This document shows positions 40,707-52,422 of a DNA stretch of 64,000 nt, one piece after another. Source of the DNA: Mytilus trossulus (Eukaryota); the NCBI RefSeq assembly GCF_036588685.1, contig NC_086378.1, positions 9,052,001 through 9,116,000 of the forward strand. Reading direction: 5' to 3'. Each line of letters opens with the position of its first letter. The stretch's first letter is position 1. The notes beneath the pieces were generated by a model. It ran no database searches, was not told where the DNA came from, and saw only the letters and a program-made list of their open reading frames with translations. The position numbers and the translations under genes were made by a program.

Positions 40707-43700
40707 TTAAATGTCCTTGGAATAAAACAGTTTTAAGTAAAAAAAAAAAAATAAAAAAAAAAAAAGAAGACCTGTATACCCTTGGTTTTCTTAATCTGAA
40801 GTCGTCTAGCAGAATCTACATCCTAATTCGAATTGATCATGATCCCCAGAGGATTAAAATAAGCTGATGTAATAACTGTATTGTCAATCAGAACGAATAA
40901 TTTCCCCCTTCGGATTACATATGACTCTCTAATTTGTTTTTTGTTTTCTCGATTTGTTTCCTCGGTCGATTTACGAGAATTGATAAACATCTGTGAACTA
41001 CTGTTGAACCTTCGAATTGTATGACAGCTGTGTATAGTTCCGTTATTTTTACAAAATTGGGTGAGAAATACAGTATTTGTGATTGTCAAATAAGCAGATG
41101 ATTTTTGATAAATAAATATAACGAAGAGTTTTTCTATGTAACTAGAAAAAAACAGTTTGTTGTTATTAAAAAAAATACAATTTCTATTTATAAGATAAAG
41201 TTAAATATAAGTTTAACATTAAATCACTGTACCGACCGACTTATCATTTTTTTTTGTCACTTATACTGTCAAGATGATATAAAACACTATCAACATTGAG
41301 GCATGACATATTTTCTAATTTCATACTCTTGCATTTCATTAACTGCTTTTTTTTAAAAGCTTTTAATACTTTTTTACCGGTGTATCGCTGGTTTCCTCAT
41401 TTCAAGTTGTTTTCTATTGTTTTTTAAGCATCTTTCTATATTTCAACGGATGTCTTTTGATGTACTTGAATTTTTGAATAGACAAATGAAACAATTTTAT
41501 TTTTTTTTAATTAAGGATAAATGTCAACATTACGTGTTTTAATCTGATACTATAATAACTTGAAAAATGACAAATAACAAGCTTGTGTTTTCAGTGTGTT
41601 TGTTTATTGTGTTAACAATTCAGTGACTGAAGGATTTTACAAATACAAAAACTAAGAAGAAAGTAATCAGATAAATAATAAAAATTAATAATTTAACCTA
41701 ACATGTTGCAACAAGTCAAATGTCCTTTGTGAACTTTATTAAGATGATCTATGATACGAACGGAAACATTAAATACATTAATCATGTCAAATATTCATAC
41801 TTACAGACCTGTGTATACCTTTTGCCCCAAAGTTTACTTAGGTTGCTAAATCAAAACAATTACATAAAAAGCAGTTTCTGTTACACAAGCAGAAAGGTTT
41901 TAACATTCTTGAAACGTAAAATATCGGTATAAATTACATTCATTCAACCTTTGTTTAGGTGTCAAAATGTACGGTCCAACTCAACTAACGTAATCATTAC
42001 ATTTTTAGGTATGTTCATATCTACAATGTAGATGTAGATTTGAACCCATCTCTATTGAAATGTTTCATATATTTTATATCTTTGCCTTTTATAGCCGACT
42101 ATAAGCTATTTGTTTTCCTCATTGTTGAAGGTTGTACGATTGACTTACAACCACTTTATTCAACCTTTGATGGAGAATTGTCTCGACCACCATACTACAT
42201 CTCTTTGTTTTTTAAGTCTAAAACTAAACTCAAAATTCTCTAACAAAATAATCAGGTTTAACTTGGCTTGACTTAATACCCAGACTGAACATCTATAAGC
42301 ATTTGAGATTGTTTTTATTTATTTTGCTCATTCCTAATTTTTTTAAAGCGTTTAAATACTTACCTTGCTGGACATGAGAAATTCTATATTTATAAACGTT
42401 CAAAATTATCAGGTGACAGGAAATGTAACTAAAAAAAAATAACAAAACAAGAGAAAAAATTGAACTTTTCTTGCTCTGTTCTCTTCTTCACGTATGCAAT
42501 AAAATAGTTAAATTAAAGTCTTACACACTTTCACTTCTTCAGAGTAAGTCGTGTAATTTATGTAAGCAAAATAAATTTCGCAATGACAACAAATTTACTG
42601 TAATTCCTGCTCAATTTGATTTTTTTAACTCCGCTAGAGGTGGGGATACCACTTACGGAACAGCAAAATCAATATAAGTTAACAATGGACATACAGCCAG
42701 TCAGGCAAACAAAGCTTGTGTCTGTATTGTTTCTTATATATTAACAGCTTTATATACATCAAAGACAGAGAAAACTACGAGTTTTATGAGCTTTCTTAAT
42801 AACCGTAAAACGAGAAAACCACGTATGCATCATACATTTAGTAAAGTGTTGTTGGTCCTTGTTCGCAGCAAGTGGTCCATATCGATGATGCTAGACTGTC
42901 AGTCCCGCATTTATTATCACCTAAGTAGTCAGTATTTCGAAATTCGGTTCTTGAAAGATTTATGATAAACCGTTCTAATATTGTCGATTTAGAAATATAG
43001 AAATTGTTAAAAAAAACTTTGGTTAAGATAAAGTTGACCTCAAATGGGGTTGGCTATTATTTTCATATCCTTTTTGGTCATGTATCTCTTCAACTGTCCG
43101 GTGTTATGTACCATAGACTGTAAAGTACCTAGATTTGAGCGTTCATTATAAAGGCCAATCCAGAGAAGAATAAAAAAAATAAACGTTGATGATTATTGTT
43201 ATTCAAATTTACGTCTTTCTTTAAACCTTCATCGGCTTTCACCGTTTACATTACGTGCCATTCTTTCACAGCATTCGACGTACTAAAAACTGTAATGATG
43301 ATTTGGTTTAATTTGCCAATATTCAAAAATATGCTGTGTAATTCTAAGCTTCAAAACCCAGTTTGCTGTCCATTTGTTTGAAGTGTTTTATCATTTGATT
43401 TCGCCATTTGATTAGAGACTTTTCGTTTTGAATTTTCCTCGAAGTTCAGTATATTTGTGATTTTACTTTAAATACTACTATACACCAAATAAGACAGATA
43501 AATCAAATGTATACTGAAGTCGTTCATGTTAGTGTAAAAGTGTCAGTCTCCTATTATGTAAGTAGTTATACCACGTAATCTGTGTATCATGGCCATTTCT
43601 CAAATGTCTGATAACATTCAAAAAGTAGTCTTAAAGCCGCTTTGTTTACAAACATTGCAATATGAGGGTAACAAACTATGTGCCTGTCCCAAGTCAGAAG

Positions 43701-43952
43701 CCTGTAATGCAGTGGTTGTCGTTTGTTTATGTGTAACATTTTTTTTATATAACTAAAGCGGTTAGTTTTCTCGTTTGAATTGTTTTCCATTGTCATAAGA
43801 AATTATTCCAGCGGGTTTTTTTCAATTAGTACTGTTTATTATTTTGATAACCTTTATAACACGTTATTTGAAACATCGGTAAACATTAATTACCAATTAT
43901 GTATTCATAATTTGACTAAACAAAAACCATCTGACATGTGAATAATTAAGTA

Positions 43953-44129
43953 CAGTGAAACCTTGCTACATCGAATCCTGCATACGTTGATAACGTGAAT
44001 AAACCAAACATGTGATTATGCACCGTCATATCAAAGTGTATACGTTATGAACCTTATAAAACCAAACATCGAGCAAAACCGAACAAAATGTTAAGTCCCA
44101 AAGAGGTTCGGTTTAAGCAGGTTTCACTA
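43953..44129. mobile_element. Tc1/mariner-type MITE (TA target site)
   Basis: TA|CAGTGAAACCT ... AGGTTTCACTA|TA. Confidence 0.7.
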
Positions 44130-44185
44130 TATATGTAATAACCGTTAACATTTGAACACATAAAGTTAATAATTCGACGGATAAT

Positions 44186-44344
44186 TAAGAATTGAAAGCT
44201 TCTTTTTGTAAATTTATTGGGTGGTAAAAGCGTTGACCGAAGTACATTTTGTATGAAGCGCGGAAGCGCTTCATTCTAAAAATGTACGCACGGTCAACGC
44301 TTTTACAACCCTATAAAGTTTCAAAAAGAAGTATTCAATACTTA
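44186..44344. repeat. ~160-nt imperfect palindrome/hairpin (part of a non-autonomous element)
   Basis: gtaaaagcgttgaccg..gtacatttt..tgaagcgc GGAA gcgcttca..aaaatgtac..cggtcaacgcttttac. Confidence 0.85.
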
Positions 44345-44649
44345 TAATTACATTTTTTTTTAGCTAAAATCATGAAAACACGATTTTTATCCAGTTTTAT
44401 TTAATTCACCTGTGCACTTTTTTGTGGGACCTCGTGTCAGCATGCATGATAAATGTTATTGTCTGATGCAATTGTTTACGGAATAACATGTTAGCCAATC
44501 AGAATAGCGTATTATAATGAAACTTACATCTAATGTAATTACTTAAAATTGAAGATAATAAATATCTTATCAGGACATGAGATGACATGACACATAACAG
44601 GTTGCATTTCAGTTCATTTAGTGTCCCGGAATTATGTTGACTTTTATCA

Positions 44650-45645
44650 AGGCCAGAAATGAACAAATATATTCGGTTTTGTAGTTTTATTGTTCCTGTT
44701 TGCAAAATCTTTTTTTCAAACGAGATATCACATCCTCATTTTTATGGAAAGTTTATATACCGTGCCCGGAAATTTAGAAACTATCATGGTAAATTCATCG
44801 ATCCTTTAAATAAACTTATCCTAAAAAGTTACCGAATAACACAATAATTGGATCTTAGAATATCGATTTTGTTTATTTGATATTCATTTTGTTGTCAGAT
44901 ATATAAAAGCAAACTAAATTTTATTGTTATATACCTTCATGGATCTACAATCTATCAATATATGTATATTGGCACCATGTCATGTTTTTCTCTGACTGTT
45001 TATAACATCCTTACACTAAAGAAGTTTGATGTTAGGTGTGTAATGATCGATAATTTATTCTAAGTAACATGTTTTTTTTTCAGATGTTATTGGCTAGTTG
45101 TCAGTAACTTCAATTACTATAAGTTCTGTATGTAGTGTCTTTTTGTTGTATTACCTGTCCATTTCCACTCTGTTTTTGATAGATGTATTTCTATTTGTAT
45201 CCATCTGACGAGTTCAGCCTTTTTAACTGATGTATGTAGTGTTGGTACACCACTGTCGTAGGTTAGGTGATGATTTGGATCCCCCTTACATGTTAAACCT
45301 TGTCACATTCTGTATGTATAGAAGTGGGATTTAAACTATAATTTTTAAACCCTTTATTAATGGTTATTTTGTATATAAATGACTGTATGAATGTATGTCT
45401 TAAAAGTACTCTAGATTTTTTTGTATGTATGTGCCTTTCCCAAGCGAGGAGCCTGTTTTTCAGTGGTTGTGGTTTGTTGTGGTGTACATATTTGTTCTTC
45501 GTTAATTTTGTTATGTACACATTTGGTATGGGCTTTGCTCATTTTTCAATGCCGTACGGTGACCTATAGTTGTAAAATTTCTATGTCATTTGGTCTCTTT
45601 TGAATATTTGTCTTATTGGCAATCATGCCACATCTTTTTTATATG
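44650..45645 (+). mobile_element. Retroelement C-terminal fragment (ISHPHFYG..IYRARKF..PLNKLI) followed by repeat family D
   Basis: ORF 44659-44847 motif. The downstream cactgtc..ggttagg..tgtgcctttcccaag..ttggcaatcatgccacatct block recurs at 8279-8930, 28236-28640, 31127-31560 and 43675-43795. Confidence 0.45.
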
Positions 45646-45876
45646 TAACTTATTAATGAAATTTATTAAATATTACATGTTATGATGGAAGCATTAACCT
45701 TAATTGGCCTCGAAGCCAAAATATTGAATATCCAGAACTAAAAACAAAACCATGAACATGATTAAAAGGTAAAGATGTATTGCATTTCTTTTCTATTTTT
45801 TTTTTATTAAATGTGAATGCGTATATGGTTAGCGCTATAGAATCAGGTTGAATCCACCATTTTCTACATTTGACCC

Positions 45877-46757
45877 TAACCTGAAAGTAATTGCAACTGA
45901 AGATTTTTAAGTTTTAATCTTTAGCATTATAACTCAAATATACACAGAATAAAGTCCCATAAAATCTAACTTGAGAAAGACTAAAAAAATCACCATTTAA
46001 AATTCCTATGGAGATTTGCATTGAAAAGGGAGATAACTCTTGCAAAACAGGCAGAAATATCAATAAAAATTGATACAAAATTATAATTTTACCGCTTCTA
46101 TTAATCAGAATGTGTTGATTCTTGATTTTTTAGCAGTCTTTAGAGTATAACATACAACTCTAAAGGTGTTTTCGTATATTTCATCAAGCTATAATCTAGA
46201 TTTCGTAATTCATTAGTTGACCATTTATTGATTTTTTCAACATGTCAAGGTAAAGAATCTCAAATTTGATAAAAAATAATAAAGCATGTATTCTTCTTTT
46301 TGTAGTTTAAAGTTTCTTTAGATAATTAAATTGCTGAAAAAATATAATATACAGATGCAAACAGTACCAAATTTTCACATTATTTTTTCAAAATGCTGAC
46401 AAAGCTTCAAATTTGAAATTTCATTAATGAAAAATGCATGAAAGAATAAAACTACCCATAGCACTTCAATTTTGTGCATTTCATGAGCAGGATACTAAAT
46501 AATTTAATCAAATACAAACTTATAAACCCATCAAAGTGTCATACTTAACATAAATTTCAAGAAAAAAAAACAAAAAAATGACTATTTTTTGCAAGAGTTA
46601 TCTCCCCTTCCAATGTTAATTTCAATAGGAAATTAAAAATGCTGATTTTAGAGTTTTCCTGAAGTTAGATTTTATGGGACTTTTTTCTGTGTATATAAAG
46701 GGTATAATGCTATAGATTGGAACTAAAACATTTTCTGTTGCAATTAGATTGAGGTTA
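45877..46757. mobile_element. Fold-back MITE with ~170-bp TIRs (piggyBac-like ends)
   Basis: 45877-~46047 is the reverse complement of ~46585-46757 (e.g. gtcccataaaatctaactt / aagttagattttatgggac; gagataactcttgcaaaa / ttttgcaagagttatctc); ends ctaa|CCT...AGG|ttaa. Confidence 0.8.
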
Positions 46758-49700
46758 AATCTTAGTTTGACTGGAGTATCAGTATATTGAATAAACTCCA
46801 TTTTTTATTATTTTATCATACTTATCAAAACTGCAGGTTTGTAAATGGAATAAGATAGTATGCGTACACTATCCCGTCCTTGATAGTATTTTTAGTATTT
46901 ATTTAATAGATTTATGTAAGTAGTTGTTATCTAGGTTCAGAATTTCAGAAATATACCTTAAAGAACTATAATATCAAGCCAAACTTTTTATGTTATTTAG
47001 CCTCAGGTGGTGGGTGTCTCACTGACGATCATATCACACCACTTCATTTTTAAATGTGATTACAGCATTCAAAAACGCTGAGGCATTCTTAAATAAAAGG
47101 TGCAGTATTTACTCAAACACAATAGGTATGAAAGAATGCAGTTGGGTATATATATGTTAAATTTATTTGTGTACTTGATAAAAAAAAATGGGTGGTTGTG
47201 GTATGATTAAATATAAGACAATTATACAGACTTTAAACGACATTGATTTATATAGAATAATGGCATTTTTTTAAAACTGACTTCATCATCAAAAATATCA
47301 GGTGAGTCTGCAATAGCGAGATGATAGTCGAGCTGATAAATTTATTTCAAAACAAAAAACGCAATTTTTCCTTTGATTGGTAATCTGGGTGTTGTCTTTC
47401 TTTGGTTGAAAATATTTGAAATAGTTGTTAAAACTTTTCGTATGCGTACAAAACGCTGTGATTTTTGTTCTGTTCTATCAAAGAAGTCGCGTGCATTTTA
47501 TTCATAAGTTGACGTGGAGGAACATTAACACGTTACGTTGAGCACTGTACCGATATGTGACCTCATTTCCTAACATTTTCATCTACTTTTCATGATCTAA
47601 GAGTCATCAACTCATATAAACCAGTATGTCTAAAAGGAAACTAAAAAATAGTCGATAAAAGGTTACTTTACGCGCTTCAACCATGAAAAACTCATACCAA
47701 AAAGCCAGAAAAAATTAAAACAATTCAAACGATAACGTAACAGCCTACTTCATGACTAAAAAATATGTCTTTTTCTTTCTCAGAAAGTAATCTAATAGAG
47801 ATGAATTATCAAATATTAGCTCAAATGAGTGATTTATCTTTTAATTTAATTTAATTTGTGATACAGATTTACAGATAAACAGGCTACACGTAAAATCATA
47901 TAATTTAATAATAGAAAATATTTTTAACGAACACTGATTGATTATCATGATCAAAGTCCATTGTTGAAAATAGTAAAACGTATGTACCTTCCCTTCCGGC
48001 GCACGTGCAATCAGCTCCAGATTTTGGTGGGGTTCGTGTTGCGGAATCTTTTGTTTTCTATGTCTGTCTTGTGTACTGATATTTGTATGTTTGTCTTTTC
48101 TTCATTCTTAGCCATGATGTTTTCAGTTTATTTTCAAAAAATATATGAGTTTGCTCTGGTATCTTTTGCACTTCTTTTATGATAACTATAGTCAGTATTG
48201 AACTTAAAACAGTGTGATAACAAATCATAGAGAAGCATTTCATAGACTTTAAAAAAAAAAAAAAAGATAACAGTTTTGCATATTGTGCTTAAAGTTTTTT
48301 TGACAGATTTTTTCATTATTGCAAAGACCATGGAAATTGCATACCGATGATTTCATAATGTAGTTATAAGTGCTTAACTAATAAAGCACATTTATAATTA
48401 ATTATTTATTTATTTCATGGCTAAAAACATAAAAATAGGGTTTAAATTAAACGTGTTTTAATTTGGTCAAAGCATATATAAAATATAGACCACAGTTAGT
48501 AACAAAGGTTCATCTTAAATACATTTTCATTTTCTTTATTATTGATGTAAAACCAAACGGCAGACAATCAAAAAGACAAGCGTGTCGAGAAAGCACTGCA
48601 TACTCCGACACACATCTTTACATATTGTGCTAGAACATGGTGTTGCAAAACGTACTTGTAGTTTAGTTACCACCAATACTATTCGTGTGGTTTCTCTCTT
48701 CCAGGGCAGAAAAACAATAAAAAGACTACTAAAAGTGTTCGGAACACAACATAGAAAACCAGTAACACGAACTTAATATCCAAGGATTATCTCATGTACT
48801 TGGAAAGAGTAAAATTACAAAAATAATGAACTCTGGGGAAATTGCAAAACGGGTATAATCAAATGGCAAACTCAAAAGCTCCAACACATCAAACAAATAG
48901 ATAACAACTGGAAGGTGTCAAATCCTGATCCTTTTTAATTATTTTTGAGAGATAATTTTTAGAGCGATCATTTTTATATCAAAGTTGTTTTAGTTTTGTC
49001 ACTGAAAACTATACGTCTCACGGCAAGATTGTTTACATTAGTATGTAAATAATAGTTTAAGTTTTGTCTGTTCGTTACATTGACACCTTTTTTAAATAGT
49101 ACGTTGATGACGTTTCGATATAAAAACATCAAGATGCGGTATAATGGACAATGACTAAAGTTTCGTTCGATACTAAAGTACGTATAAGTCAGTATTTATA
49201 GCTCCCCGTTCGGCCTTCAATATTAAATGTCATCCCATATTGACAAGTGTTAAACAATTCAAACGAAAAAAATAACTGAACGATATCATTATTTTGTTCA
49301 GATTGTGTAGTTTCTTGCAGGATTGTTTATATAAAAGTTGTTTATAAATATATAATATTAAAAGTTAGGAGATGGTGACAGTTGTTCTTATACCTATTTC
49401 AAACCAATTGCAACTGAAGTTTTCATAAACATGTCTTGCAGGATCTCCGTATGGAATGCTTCAAGTATAAAACCCTGGTGCTATTAAACAAACTGGTAAA
49501 AGGAACAAGCTCGACTTTTAAAACGACACTCTGATTCAAAAAGCATTCTCTTAAATTCAAATTATTAGAATGCTTGATTTCTTGTTTGGCATTTGTTGCA
49601 TTTGGATATTGTGTTTGTAAAAAGAACAATTGTTATTTTCACGGCATCAGACTTAAACGCGACAGACTTCGTACAACAGTCATGTCGGCATTGTGACTTG

Positions 49701-50184
49701 TCCTACCTACGTTAGGTTCGTGACTCGTGACATCTCAGCAATATATCGAATAGCTCAAACAGGAATTTATTAATATTGTAAGTGAGACTTCGGTAAGCAT
49801 ATTGAAAGCTCTTTTCTCGATAGAAGACGTCACCTGCAACGCACGCATCATCTGCATTGCAAATTCACAGTCAGTCAAAATCTCACAACCGGCTATAAGA
49901 CAAATTTGGTTACTTGCAGTACAAAGAGGAACCTGAAGACTGAACGCATGTCATTCATTTACTTTACTATTTATAATCTAGGGAATATCCCGTGTTTTTT
50001 TTTTTATTTTTAAACCATATTTTACGTCGAAAACACATTCAGTAATACCTACAGAAGTTATGTTACGATATATTCTCTAACATATCATTTACAATTTAAA
50101 GTATCCAAATCTGATTCCTAAAGTTATCGGAACATGGAGTTAAAAAGGGTAATAAGATCGAAGTAGCATGTTTATTAACAGATC

Positions 50185-50343
50185 TAGATTACCTTAGCAG
50201 TATTTGGCACAATATTTTGGAATTTTGGGTCCCCAATGCTCTTCAACTTTGTATTTGTTTGGCTTTATAACTATTTTTATCTGAGCGTCTCTGATGAGTC
50301 GTATGTATGTATGTATGGCGTATTGAATTATATTTCTGGTACC
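50185..50343 (+). mobile_element. Retrozyme subfamily A fragment; hammerhead destroyed by (TATG)n
   Basis: gcgtct CTGATGA gtc gtatgtatgtatgta tggcgt; flanks match subfamily A. Confidence 0.75.
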
Positions 50344-51150
50344 CAGATCCACTCAGACTTTTTAAAAACAATTATTTGATATTGTATCAACGACTTCATA
50401 GTAAGGTTTTGCGTAAAGGTTATAGCCTAGAATAATCGCAGACTGAACCCATATGTATTTTAGAATTATGTTTCAAATTGATAGATTGAGACTAACGATA
50501 TGTTATGCCTTTGAACAACATATTTGGTTGAATAGAAGTGTTATTGACAGGATCCTGCACAACTTTTTTATGAATGAGGATATAGCACCAGTGGTTTATA
50601 ATTAAAGCATTCCATACGGAGATCCTGCAAGATGTAATTATGAAAATTTCAGTCGCAATTGGTTTGGTACATGTATGAGAATAAATTTTCTCAGACCTTA
50701 ATCTACGTATTTTAAACATTATATATTTATACACAACGTGCATGCAAAACAACCCTGCAAGAAACCACACTATCTGAACAAAATTATTATATCTTGCAGT
50801 TACTTTTCTCGTTTGAATTGTCATTTGTCATTATGGAATTATAGTTATTATTGAAGGCCGAACGGGGACCTATAATTGCTCACTTATACGTCTTTTAGTA
50901 TCGGATGGAACTTTTTTTAATAGCTAGTAAGAAAGAACTGGTTCCCGGAATTGGGAAGTGTCAAACATGTACTTCAGATCTAAAAAAAACCATAGAAAAT
51001 GTTTAGATTTCATACAATTCTTTTATTATCAGAATTATAAAGTAAAAAAGGGTACTACTCTGACATCTGTTATTCAGCTTTCATTTAATATCAGAATTAC
51101 TAACGGATTCTTTTTATTTTGAGAGTTGCAACCCATCGGATTTGTTATCT

Positions 51151-51390
51151 CATAAGCAACACGACGGGAGTCCACATGTGAAGCAGGATCTGCTTACCCT
51201 TCCGGAGCACCTAAGATCACCCCTAGTTTTTGGTGGAGTTCTTGTTGTTTATGTTTTAGTTTTCTATGTTGTGCCATGTGTATCATTGCTTGAATATTTG
51301 TTTTTTTTTCATTTTTGGCCATGGCGTTGTCAGTTTATTTTCGATTTATGATTTTGACTGTCCCTCTTGTATCTTTCGTTTCTCTTTTAC
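51151..51390 (+). repeat. Interspersed repeat family E copy
   Basis: Colinear with 40170-40415 and 1-130. Confidence 0.75.
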
Positions 51391-52422
51391 ATTTATGCTT
51401 ATCAACCATTTTGTTTTTTAATATGTATTACGAGCCCGAATAAGTCGTTGCACGTCTTTTGATTTTAATTTGTTTTTAAACTAACGTTTACTGTGATCAA
51501 AGAGGTTTGTTTTTAAATTAATATTTTACAGATACAGTTATACATATGTTTTGAATATTAAATCCCTTTACTGACTAGTCATTTCATAAACACCTACTTT
51601 TGACATGTTAGTTGTCAATATGAGATAACACTTCAACGTCCAAGCATGACATTTTTTTCAATTTCTATTATATTACCAAAGTTATTTCATCTGATTTGGC
51701 TTACGTATTATTTGCGTAGTTGAAGATTTGTGTGATAAGGATAATTGCCTTTATTATTGTTATTGATTTCTAATCACCAACCAGAATAGCACTTTATTGA
51801 TGAGGTTTATTTTTCCAAAAACACCTGTCTATAGATGGACTGGCCATTGATAAGCAAACCGGTTAAATCCCGTCCAGTCAAGTGAAATGAATCAAACTCA
51901 CTTAAACATAAAACAAAGTTATTTTACATGCGCAAATTGCATACTTAGTCATTTAATTCGGCTTCTTTTGTTTTAAACATATTTCTATAACCATCTGGTA
52001 CCCGTCGTGTTGTTTATGTGATAAAAAAAATCCGGTAGATAGTCTAATTCGGTAAGTCAGATTTTTTTATTCCAGCAATTCAAAGATTTCAAAAATACAC
52101 AAATAAAGATGAAGGTTAATGAATTAATACTAGTTATTAAGTATATAAATCAATCAATCAAATCGGACCATTACGTATTATGGATTTAAATGTTAGTTAC
52201 TTAGGAACAGGAGATAAAATATTATAAATATGATTTTAAAAGTTTTGATCTATGAATCAACGAATAAGAACAATACATTAAATATGTAATTTTCATACTA
52301 TGGACCTGTGTATAACGAAGCCTTTGCCACAAACACGTTTCAATTGAAAAAAAAAAGTAAGTCAATTTAGACGTATGTCTGATATTTTACTTGCGGTGTA
52401 AGCATTAAACAGGACACATTTA

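Noticed and set aside
40823-41089. 88-aa ORF that looks exon-like
   Set aside because: No recognisable motif, an in-frame stop precedes the candidate donor, and there are no compatible neighbouring exons.
45204-45235. CTGACGAG / CTGATGA matches at 45205, 58683, 16424 and 61720 as extra hammerheads
   Set aside because: No stem II plus GAAA plus NUH geometry downstream.
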